Made by a program: the position numbers and the translations under genes. Of a DNA stretch of 64,000 nucleotides, positions 1-43,316 are shown piece by piece. Position 1 is the first letter of the stretch, and every line of letters begins with the position of its first letter. The DNA is from Macrostomum lignano (lineage: Eukaryota), in NCBI GenBank assembly GCA_002269645.1, contig NIVC01002483.1:1-64000 (forward strand). Reading direction: 5' to 3'. Below the pieces are notes generated by a model, which worked only from the letters and a program-made list of their open reading frames with translations, searched no databases and was not told the DNA's origin.

Positions 1-30
1 CAAAAGCAAACATTTAAAGCCAAGTTTCAC

Positions 31-3000
31 CTGCAGGTTCTGCCGTTCCAGAGCACACTCTGCCAGCAGGCGCCCACAGCCTCGGATGAGGATGCTCTTC
101 AACAAATTTCAAGCTCTGCTCAATGCCTGACTTCTCAGTGAGGTCTCGCATATCCCTCAACGCTTTCACCTCCATGTCTAGCAGGTAGTCCTGGCTGGGA
201 CTGCTCGGCAGTCTTTGAGAATCTCGTCCAATAGTACGCCTTTGATTTCCAGATCCTTGAACTGGCACAGGTAAGCTGAGCTGGACACTGGCTCCTCAAC
301 CTCCAGGCCCTTCATCACGTACATTCTGGTCTTTTCCATGAAGGCGAACAAGTCGGATTGTCTTCAGCGAATCGCATGTGCCAGACGTCTTTGCGCTCGA
401 ATGTCTGCGCAGTGACGACGCTCCCTGCTCCTGGTCCTTCGGCGGAGCTGTCGCTGCGGCCGCCTTTTCGAGGTCGAAGAAGGTGAGAACTCCGCTCTGA
501 TCGATGATGGCGAGCCGGCTGCAGAGTTTCAAGGTGGTTGATGAGGTCAGCGATGGTTTGGGATCACAAAGTTCATATATCAACTTTTGCAGTTCATTGA
601 TCAGAGGCAGAAAGGTGGTAAAATTAAAAAGTCATTTTAGTGCTAAGACTAGCCGCTTGACCCCCCTTAGGGATCCTGTGGCAGCACCCATGTTCCTTAA
701 ACTCGAGCTGTGAACAGTAAAAGTCAGTGATGATCTCTTTTAGTAGGAGAAACATTTGGGGAGATTCAAGGTTCTCGGTTCAAGCCTCGTTCAAGGTTTC
801 ATATTCAAGCATAATCGAGTTGTAAAAGCTCTCACGTGCTATTGCAGTTAACCTGCAGCTCGTAGGGCGTGCACTCAAGCCTGTGCCGAACTTCGAGCGC
901 CATCGAGGGAAGACGAATTGTAGGACGGCGCCGGATTCGCGCGCAACCACCACAAGTTTGGCGCTGACGCCTACAGCACAGATTCTGTCGCGTATCTCCT
1001 GGAATATTTCAGGATATGCGAATAGGGTCTTTTCGAGACTAACTGAAGGCTAATCAGTAATAGAAGAAAATCCTCTGTGCCAAAAGATCATAGACTTCCA
1101 TGGCTCGTAGTATTGGTTTTGTCAGCCTAACTGAGAATAAAGCCATCCAAAGTGAGAATCCTGCCTACGCTGACTGCGAAGGGCCTGGCTGCGTGCAGCC
1201 TTAGTCTATGGGCCATAGACAATAAAGGACAAGCAAAGTGATAAAAAGCCATCCAATGTGAGAATCCTGCCTACGCTGAATACGAAGGGCCTAGCTGCGT
1301 CCAGCCTAGTCTATGAGCCATAGACTATAAAGGACAAGCAAAGTTTTAAAAGACCAATCGATTCTCACATTGGATGGCTTTTTATCACTTTGCTTGTCCT
1401 TTATTGTCTATGGCCCATAGACTAAGGCTGCACGCAGCCAGGCCCTTCGCAGTCAGCGTAGGCAGGATTCTCATTTTGGGTGGCTTTATTCTCAGTTAGG
1501 CTGACAAAAGCAATACTTGGCCATAGGCTATTAATGTTAATATAGTACTTGGCCATAGACTATTAATGATAATATAGTACTTGGTCATAGAACTATTATT
1601 AACTTTAATATTAGTATTCAAACTACACAGGACCGGCCTTAGACATAACCATAAACAATTAACATACCTTCTCATTAACTCGCGTAAAATTCAAGCCCTC
1701 GCCTTCGGCTGCGCGCCTTCATCGATATGGAACAGCTTCTCCGCTCCGGCCTTGCGCTTCTCGCTAACCTCCATTACTGCCAGCTGTTTTGGATCCTTGA
1801 ACTGCCAGGTGTAAACGGCCCTATCTGAGGCTACCACCACGTGACTAGCCGTCATGGCAACCTGTTCAGCGTCCATATCCAGATCGCGAGTATCCAACGG
1901 CGTCCCAATGGCGTTGCACAGCACCAGGGTGCACTTGCCGGCGCCCGATTCAACAGCTGCAACCGTCTCCTGCTCAGGCTTGTGAGCGATGCAGCAATAC
2001 TCGCCAGCCGCGGCCACGTGAGTCACACCGGCGATGTACTTGATGAAGCGCAGGTTGTTTTTTGTATCCCAGAATACGACGCAGTTCTCCACCCGGTCCG
2101 GCCTGTTGTAAGCGTACACAACTGTGTTGCCGCAATAGGCCCAACGGTAACGCGGCCTCACGTTGGCAAAATAGATGAAGCTGTCCACCGCCAGCGCGAT
2201 TCTGAGGGAGCCGCCCTCCCAGGTGCAGGCTGTAATGTCGTTTCCAGGCACCTTCAGCGTGCGCAGGTGTTCACCGTTAGACGAATAGAACTTCACCGTG
2301 TTGACATCCTTGTCGGTATCCTTCTGGCTGGCCAGATGGCCGGCGCAGGCCAGCAGGGAGCCGTCGTGGCTCCAGTTGAAGGCCCTCAGGCGGAGCCGGG
2401 TGTCCAGCTCGATTGGCCGGTCGTCGGCTTCGTCACGTAGCAGCAGCAGGCGACCGTTGGTGAAGGCAATGGCCAGACAAGGGGTGGGCACCTCCGGGCG
2501 GGCAAGGAGGCGGTTGCTGAACCAGCTGATGCCCGCGAGCTCCGGTCCGGTTTTGGGGACTTCCATTCGGCACTGTAACCGGGGCGATGAGTGCGGCATG
2601 AGAGTTGTTGTGAGTAGGCGTCAGACATTGAAGATTCGTTAGTTCAGACATTAAAACTGGCTAGAAATTTCAAACAGAATTGTAGAAAGCTGCATTTTCT
2701 GCTAATTTATAAGCAGTTTAGCCAGGGGCGTCGCCCCTATGGATTTTGTGGTGGTGGGGGGGACAAATCCAAGAATTTCAGCATGTACATGACTAAATTC
2801 CTACATGTACATTATTTTGAGAACCGGTGTTGTCAGCCCTCATTTTAGCGTCGCGCTGGCGCTCATTTTGGTGCCGCAGGCGCTATATTTTGTTGCCCTG
2901 AAGAAAATGATTGATTTCCATAACGGGTCACAATTAAGGTGGGGTGGGGGGACAAAGCATTGGCATGTCCCCATCCCCATAGCTTTTACTGGGGGACATG

Positions 3001-4403
3001 TCCCCTTGAGCTCCCCGGAGTTTAGCTACTTTATGTATCTATGCGAGTATTAATTACAAAATCAGTATCTCAACGCACCACAGAGTTGCCCGTGTGGTCG
3101 TAGATATGAATATCGCCATTCTTCATGCCAAACAGGATAATTTTGCTGTCTGGCGACCAAGCGACCGCCTTGAGATTGAGCTTGAGCTCCTTGCCCCAGA
3201 TCCTGTTGCCGTCCACTGAGCCGACAATCACGGAGCCGTCCTCGTAGGCGATGCAGATCTTCTGGCCTTCCATGTTCCACTTCATGTCGCAGACCTGCGA
3301 TCGGCTGTTCTTGATCATCTCCTCGTACCAGGAGGATTTGTAGAACATCCACACGATGATGAGGCCGTTGGTGTCGCTGGTGGTGATCTTCTGGTGGCCC
3401 TCGTTCCAGGCGATGGTGTGCACGCCGCCGCTGTGGCCCTCCAGGCTCTGGTTCATGGTCAGGTTGCTGGGCGCTGCCAGGCCCTTGACTCGACCGTCTA
3501 TATGTGTGTGCGATATGTTTCCAGAGTTAAGGTTAGTTATTTTTACACTTTAAATCTTTCTCATGATATTTTAAATTATTTGTTTACTCAGTATATATCA
3601 ATAATAATTTTTTTTATCATTTCAGTTTTTGCGCTATGCATACATGTAGAAATACAGTATTTACAAGCGTATAAATCGTTATTAACAGCACGTATCTTTT
3701 TTCAGAGTACCTAAAATTATATCTCAACAAAAAGCAAGTGGAATTTTAAGCACATAAAAGGTAAAGTCTTTGCTAACTAATAGTAAGTTTTATTTGTCCA
3801 TTTTGAATAGTACTTAATATTGTATTTATTATTTTTTAGCATTTATTAGTCAAAAATTTTCAATTTAAATGTAAACAAACTTGTTAAACTCTGCAGTTTA
3901 AAAATTACCTGGCTGTGACTCTAACTTCAAAATCTTCAGAAGCCCATCATCTCCACCACATGCGAGGTAGCCATTCTCCTTGTTCCATGACAGTGACTGC
4001 AGCTTCACATTGTTTGGTATTGCAATCTGTTGAAGAAAATTTTAAGTGATAACAACTTTATATTTTTCTGAAAAATATTTTTATTGGTTATTTGAAATTC
4101 AAAAATACATAGCTTTTACATGATGATGATTTTGCAAGTTTTTATTTTTATGTTAGAATTTTTTCCGATGTGAGGCACTTTTGTTAAGAAAAATGTACTA
4201 TCAAATGACATGAAAAAAATAAACAGAAATTCTAGAATCCTTCAACTTTACGAGCGAACACTTGGATATAAAATAGAATTATCTAGCAAAATAACTGAGC
4301 ACCGAAAACTAAGATGCTTTGCATAATTGTCAATACATTTCCAAAGAAACCAAAAAGCAATTTCTGTAGATATTTTTACCTTTTTACTCAAGTAAACAAA
4401 CAT
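31..4403 (-). CDS. WDR35: WD repeat-containing protein 35 / IFT121 (IFT-A subunit), 5' portion; continues beyond window start; carries about 6 single-nt frameshifts
   Basis: Hand-spliced exons 4380-4403 (MFVYLSKK), 3909-4026 ([36 protein letters not shown]), 3079-3497 ([19 protein letters not shown]...GNRIWGKEL), 1668-2572 ([15 protein letters not shown]...VVFWDTKNN), 836-998, 31-518 ([16 protein letters not shown]...MEKTRMY...HPHPRLWRLLAE). All have GT-AG ends with matching phase and align closely with the recalled human WDR35 N-terminal two-thirds. Confidence 0.95.
1109..1517. mobile_element. Foldback/MITE-like inverted repeat in a WDR35 intron
   Basis: About 1109-1266 is the near-perfect reverse complement of about 1360-1517 (AGTATTGGTTTTGTCAGCCTAAC... 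vs ...GTTAGGCTGACAAAAGCAATACT). The spacer holds a diverged direct copy of part of the left arm. Confidence 0.75.
1515..1600. repeat. Short 31-bp tandem repeat (TACTTGGCCATAGACTATTAATGATAATATAG-like), about 3 copies
   Basis: Visible direct repeats adjoining the foldback element. Confidence 0.7.
2723..3030 (+). mobile_element. Degenerate copy of the CAGGGGCGTCGCC MITE family (right TIR not evident)
   Basis: Starts CAGGGGCGTCGCC and shares long internal blocks with 5587-6016 (ACATGTACAT..., TTGATTTCCATAACGGGTCACAA, GGGACAAAGCATTGGCATGTCCCC). Confidence 0.75.
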
Positions 4404-4781
4404 TTCGGTAACTGAAACTGTAGAATGACGATTACTAGAAACTAGGGTCTGAGCCTTGTGTTCAAGATGGAAATTGTATGCACGAATGCAAAAATAAAAG
4501 AAAGAATTCCACTGTTAAAAGTAAATAGTATAAACATTATTATATGTAAAAAACAAAAAAATATTTAAAAGTATAGTTTATTAACAATAATAATTTAGTA
4601 TGTGTTTTACTGAAAACTTTGTATTTCTCTCTTACTGTCATTTAAAGAAAAAATTGTTAAACTACACTAAGTAAAATTTCCCGGTGTTAGGATAATCTAA
4701 GAATTTTTTCGACCTCGATAATTATTTGTATTAGATATTTCATTTGGTCAGTGAAATTAAAATATTTTTGCAAAGATTGCT

Positions 4782-5256
4782 CTAATTCAATGATATCTCA
4801 TAACTTGGAAATATTGATAAAGCGGCACCCTCGTAAATGAGCAAAATCTGTTTAAAATCGTAAAAAATCCTGTAAGCAATTTTTCCTATGTAAGCAAGGG
4901 TTGGATATTGATATATTTTTTGTACATATAGCTGTCTGAAATAATAGAGCGCATTTGGGACTTTTCCAATTCTCAGTTTTTGATGTTCATGATACGAAAA
5001 GGGACGATTCAAAGAACTATCATGTGTAATGCTATCTTTATTGTGTCGATTTATGTACTGCAAGTTTCCAGCGATTGTTAAATTTGTTGTTGTTGAACGG
5101 GGGTGGGAAGCCGGGAGCCGGGAGCTAACTTTAGTGATGATTTCTTCCTCTCCGCTTTTCTTGACGATGACGGTTTTACTAAAGAGCCCGCGGGAAATAT
5201 TATTGTATAAAGCAACAGTTGTACATGTATTTTGCACATACTTACATTTGGTACAT
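4782..5256 (-). CDS. Candidate small spliced gene of unknown function (MYQI|KTVIVKKSGEEEIITK..., about 135 aa)
   Basis: ATG at 5256, GTAAGT donor at 5245, CTCTTTAG acceptor ending 5179 in matching phase, then an open frame to TAG at 4782 in AT-rich DNA. No family recognised. Confidence 0.45.
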
Positions 5257-5586
5257 GATAGCTAGCTCTATGAATAATAAAATATCAAGAAAATTTTCGT
5301 GCCACTGTATAGAGATTGATCGAGAGGGCAGAGTTAGCTTTTTCTCAGCTGGTGAAATCTAAAATTCAATTCCAGGCGGCCGATTTCGGGCCCAGCTGCA
5401 TGCTAATTACGTCGTCGAGTTATAAATATTTCTGAGATAATTTCAAAACCATAAAATTCCCTCATATATTGTGAGGTCAGCCAGACAGCCAGACGTTGTA
5501 CATGTACAAACAAATAAAAAGTATACGGTCACATGACTGCAGTTTTTTTGGAGCATCTATGAGGTTTCTAAATTTATTTTAATGAT

Positions 5587-6016
5587 CAGGGGCGTCGCCA
5601 TGTTGTGGGGGACAAAGCCAACAATTATACATGTACATGTACATGACAAAATTCCTACATGTACATTTTTTTCAGAATCGGTGTTGTCCGCACTCAGTTT
5701 GGCGCCGCAGGCACTCATTTTGGCGCCGCAGGCACTCATTTTGGCGCTGCAGGCACTCATTTTGGCGCCGCAGGCACTCATTTTAGCGCCGCAGGCACTC
5801 ATTTTGGCGTCGCAGGCACTCATTTTGGCGCCGCAGGCACCCATTGTTGCGCTACATTTTGTCGCCCTGCAGAAAAATTATTGATTTCCATAACGGGTCA
5901 CAAGGTGGGGTGGAAGGGACAAAGCATTGGCATGTCCCCGCCAGATATTTTACTAGGAGGGGGACATGTCCCCCTTCCCCCCCCGTTGGCGACGAGGGGC
6001 GTTGGCGACGTCCCTG
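5587..6016 (+). mobile_element. Complete non-autonomous hAT-type DNA transposon (MITE) with an internal 21-bp minisatellite
   Basis: 14-bp TIRs CAGGGGCGTCGCCA / TGGCGACGTCCCTG (1 mismatch). Perfect 8-bp TSD TTAATGAT at 5579-5586 and 6017-6024. Internal (TTTTGGCGCCGCAGGCACTCA)x~7 at about 5695-5845. Confidence 0.9.
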
Positions 6017-7403
6017 TTAATGATTATGACGATTTTCAATTTTGCTGAGTGGATCGTCGAACCATGCATGTACATTAATGCATAGATTGCAGACAGAGAA
6101 ATCAATAATTGTAGTCAGTAGTTTTAATATTCTAGATCCTAATTTATTAAATAGCAGCTGCTTGGGCATAACTCTACTAACCTGCAGGTAATAAACTAAC
6201 TAGTAAACAAACTATGCAGTCAATAAAATTGCAAAAGGGGGCCAGTTCCAATTCTATGTATGAGAAAAAAGTAAAACAAACTTGTATTGGACGATATAAA
6301 GATAAGCCCCCACCGACAGTTCATATTTGGCCATTAAGATAGTTCAGCAAATAGATTCACATTATGCAGTGTTTCTGCTTTGAACACAGCAACAAGCATG
6401 CTGTATAATCTACGCTTTAAACTGCATTTAACCCAGCAGGACAGTTTGCATGCTTCTGTGTAGACTAGGAGACCGTACATGTACACATGTACAGGAGAAA
6501 TCTTGTACAGGAAGAGCGCCTTATCGCAAGTTTCCAATCGAAGTCTGCATGGATTCGACCGAGTGCAACACCAGCTATGTAGTACTAAATCTTTGCGTCA
6601 CAGCAAATGTGTGACGCATAAGGTGACTGCTGATTCAACAGCAAGCCAAGCTCGTAGCTACAGATTGAGATCTGCTGTGCAAATTTGAACAAACAAAAAC
6701 TTGTAGTTCGCCCAAAAGTCACATCTTAGTCTAACAGCGTGTAAACATTTCAAGAATATTTAGACTAAAAAATACTACACAGCAAGATGTGGAGATCGCA
6801 TTTGCATAAGAAATATCGCAGGCAAAATGATGCCATTTAACCGCATTCATCACCACCGCCCATGAAAATGCAGCCCTCTAGCTAAAGCGCTTACTCGTAA
6901 TTAAGTGTCACTTTTTCCTCCAGACCAGACTAATAGGTTTCTTCTTCGTCTTCTTTTGCGAAAGAAGAGAGACAACAACAGAAAAGATGGACAGAGACGA
7001 AAAAAGCAACAGATTTTGTGTCTGTGTTTTTGTTCCAAGAAAGCGCGCCCCCAAGGCTGTGTGCAATGCCATGCCTTGCGCTTTGCCGCACAGATCGGTG
7101 GGGTGGGTGCAGGCGCGCAATCTACAGGCTGAGAGAGGAATGGACATTTATCTGAATGGCTGGACAGCCTATGCCAGGGCTCAGGAGGGCAGCCACCTCA
7201 AGTTAGCTGGCCATTTTCCCTTTCACTTATATGCATAAGTTGATCCGCTTCAGCCCTGCTTTAACTGAGATATTTTACCATTCGATGCATCAAACAGACG
7301 CTCAAAGGCTCCCTCTGTTATCTTATATACTCGTATAGCAATTGGAGAAGTTAGACGAGAGGGCGACGCTCCCTCGGTTCCTCTCCAACCCCCCTCGTCC
7401 CTC

Positions 7404-39680
<32,277 letters not shown>

Positions 39681-39854
39681 GGGACTTCTTGCGCCGGCAT
39701 GTCCCGATTTTGTGTCTCACTAAGCCTTAGTAGACTTTATTAAAGCTCTTTTTGGGCGTTCGTTTCTCACTAAAATGTTGAAGTCAGCTCTCCGTTTTCA
39801 AGGGCCCGATTTTTATACTCTTAGAATTGTCATTGTGTCCGAGATCGACTGTAG

Positions 39855-40215
39855 TATCTGTAGATCTCAGAGAGTGTCTGTAGATCTCAGAGAGTGTCTG
39901 TAGATCTCAGAGAGTGTCTCTATAGGTCTAAGAGAGTGTCTCTATAGGTCTAAGAGAGTGTCTGTAGATCTCAGAGAGTGTCTGTAGATCTCAGAGAGTG
40001 TCTGTAGATCTCAGAGAGTGTCTGTAGATCTCAGAGAGTGTCTCTATAGGTCTAAGAGAGTGTCTCTATAGGTCTAAGAGAGTGTCTGTAGATCTCAGAG
40101 AGTGTCTGTAGATCTCAGAGAGTGTCTGTAGATCTCAGAGAGTGTCTCTATAGGTCTAAGAGAGTGTCTGTAGATCTCAGAGAGTGTCTGTAGATCTCAG
40201 AGAGTGTCTGGAGAT
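39855..40215. repeat. Mixed 20/22-bp minisatellite (AGAGAGTGTCTGTAGATCTC / AGAGAGTGTCTCTATAGGTCTA)
   Basis: Two unit types in alternating blocks. Confidence 0.92.
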
Positions 40216-40739
40216 ATGAGAAAGTCTAAGAATCCGTTAGTTAGCTATTTCTAGAGCAATATCTCATTTGCTAGAAAAATATGTTTAATTTTAACAAGCC
40301 TTGATAGTCAATAGCCGTTGATTAAACTTTTTATGTGGATAAGCACCGTTACCGTTCGGCACGCAAATAGTACGTGTAGACTACACACTTTTCAACACTC
40401 ATTGCCCTATTATTGATCAGCACTAATAACTACTGTTTAACTGCCAAATACGTTTATAGCAACACTTTAGACACTGCTGCAGTGTGTGCAATAATGTTCT
40501 ACTAACTTTACTCCAGTAATATGTTAAACTTTTTCTATGCAATAAATATATAATATTCGATTTTTATTGATTGTAAGCCTCGAAAATATTAAATTTCAGT
40601 TTCAGTTTTCAATTGGCGCTTTTAAGTGCTGGAAAATTAATTTTATGATTGATTTTTTATCTTAAATTTCTCTTCAATTAGTGTGCCCATTTATTTTAAG
40701 AAAAGTCAGGTAAGAAACTCGGGCGTGATAGAACCAGAG

Positions 40740-41700
40740 TGACAGATCTAGAGAGTGACACATCTAATAGAGTATGACAGATCAAGAGTGACAGATTTAG
40801 TGTAGGTCTGACAGTTCTAGGGTGTGACACATCTAGGGTGTGACACATCTAGGGCGTGACATACCTATGGTGTGACACATCCATGGTGTGACATATCTAG
40901 GGTGTGACACATCTAGGGTGTGACACATCTAGGGCGTGACATACCTATGGTGTGACACATCCATGGTGTGACATATCTAGGGTGTGACACATCTAGGGTG
41001 TGACACATCTAGGGCGTGACATACCTATGGTGTGACAGATCCATGGTGTGACATATCTAGGGTGTGACACATCTAGGGTGTGACACATCTAGGGCGTGAC
41101 ACATCTAAGGTGTGACATACCTAGGGTGTGACAGATCCATGGTGTGACATATCTAGGGTGTGACAGATCTAGAGTGTGACAGATCTAGAGTGTGACAGAT
41201 CTAGAGTGTAACAGATCTAGGGTGTGACAGATCTAAGGTGTGACAGATCTAGGGTGTGACAGATCTAGAGTGTAACAGATCTAGGGTGTGACAGATCTAG
41301 GGCGTGACACATCTAAGGTGTGACATACCTAGGGTGTGACAGATCTAATGTGTGACAGATCTAGGGTGTGACAGATCTAGGGCGTGACACATCTAAGGTG
41401 TGACATACCTAGGGTGTGACAGATCTAGGGGTGACAGATCTAGGGGTGACAGATCTAGGGGTGACAGATCTAGGGGTGACACATCTAGGGGAGACACATC
41501 TAGGATGTGACATATCTATGGTGTGACAGATCTAGAGTGTGATATATCTATGGTGTGACAGATCTAGGGTGTGACAGATCTAGAGTGTGACAGATATAGG
41601 GTGTGACAGATCTAGGGTGTGACAGATCTAGGGTGTGACAGATCTAGGGTGTGACAGATCTAGGGTGTGACAGATCTAGAGTGTGACAGATCTAGGTGCG
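40740..41700. repeat. 16-bp minisatellite (GTGTGACAGATCTAGG)n with an 80-bp higher-order repeat
   Basis: Tandem copies. Confidence 0.93.
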
Positions 41701-42234
41701 ACACATCTTGAAGGTGATGAAAGAGCTTTAGAGGTTGTGCGACAGCAAGAGGCTAAGCAACTACTTGCCAAGAATGTTTCACAGAAATCTATTCTCCTAC
41801 TAATCTGTTAGGGAAATATTTTTAGCGCGGGATGAAATTACAGGCTTGAACCATCTCAGCCCATTTTCATCTTTCCCAATCATCATTATCTATATTTTCC
41901 TTTCTTTTTAATCCCTCACGTTCCAGCCAGCCGAATTGATCTGGAATTTTAAAATAGAGCCGAACTTTCTCTTCCGCCAGACTGGGTAATTATCTCGTAT
42001 CTCTAAAATTAGCATCGCGTGACTCTCGGATGATTGCTAATCCGGGCCCATTCGACGCGCTGAAGTCGATGTACTTTAAAATGATTTTTCTTGCTAATTT
42101 ATTATCGATTGAATATATCGTGTTTAAACAGCTGTGCACAAATAATTGAATGAGGAGCGCAAAGTCTACAGATGATATCAAAAAGCAGTTTGATTTACAC
42201 AGCGTATGAAAAACTGTTTTTGAAGATGAACAAT

Positions 42235-43285
42235 ACTTATGGGAAATTCGAGTCAGTTATGGGATAATTCGAGTCAGTTATGCGAGAATTCGAGTCAGTT
42301 GTGAGAGAACTCGACTTAGTTATGGGAGAATTCGACTTAGTTATGGGAGAATTCGAGTTAGTTATGGGAGAATTCGAGTTAGTTATGGGAGAATTGGAGT
42401 CAGTTATGGGGAGAATTCGAGTCAGTTATGGGAGAATTGGAGTCAGTTATGGGAGAATTCGAGTTAGTTATGGGAGAATTGGAGTCAGTTATGGGGAGAA
42501 TTCGAGTCAGTTATGGGAGAATTGGAGTCAGTTATGGGAGAATTCGACTTAGTTATGGGAGAATTCGACTTAGTTATGGGAGAATTCGAGTTAGTTATGG
42601 GAGAATTCGAGTTAGTTATGGGAGAATTGGAGTCAGTTATGGGGAGAATTCGAGTCAGTTATGGGAGAATTGGAGTCAGTTATGGGAGAATTCGAGTCAG
42701 ATATGGGAGAATTCGAGTCAGATATGGGAGAATTCGAGTCAGTTATGGGAGAATTCGAGTCAGTTATGGGGAGAATTCGAGTCAGTTATGGGGAGAATTC
42801 GAGTCAGATATGGGAGAATTCGAGTCAGTTATGGGAGAATTCGAGTCAGTTATGGGGAGAATTCGAGTCAGTTATGGGGAGAATTCGAGTCACTTATGGG
42901 GAGAATTCGAGTTAGTTTTTGCAGAATTCGAGTCAGTTATGGGAGAATTGGAGTCAGTTATGGGAGAATTCGAGTCAGTTATGGGAGAATTCAAGTTAGC
43001 TATGGGAGAATTCGAGTTAGTTATGGGAGAATTCGAGTCAGTTATGGGGAGAATTCGAGTCAGTTATGGGGAGAATTCGAGTCACTTATGGGGAGAATTC
43101 GAGTTAGTTTTTGCAGAATTCGAGTTAGTTATGGGAGAATTCGAGTCAGTTATGGGAGAATTCGAGTCAGTTATGGGAGAATTCGAGTCAGTTATGGGAG
43201 AATTCGAGTCAGTTATGGGAGAATTCAAGTTAGCTATGGGAGAATTCGAGTTAGTTATGGGAGAATTCGAGTCAGTTATGGAAGA
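42235..43285. repeat. 21-22-bp minisatellite (ATGGGAGAATTCGAGTCAGTT)n just 3' of the CDK5 activator stop
   Basis: About 48 copies. Confidence 0.95.
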
Positions 43286-43316
43286 GTCCAGAATTCCAAT
43301 TCCAGCGTCGCCAATG

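Noticed and set aside
2780-6500. Recurrent TACATGTA/ACATGTAC palindromes
   Set aside because: Several lie inside the MITE copies and the rest in AT-rich DNA; there is no spacing pattern or evidence of function.
6432-6620. Short plus-strand frame (...RAPYRKFPIEVCMDSTECNTSYVVLNLCVTANV)
   Set aside because: About 54 codons, no convincing upstream exon chain, and no recognised motif.
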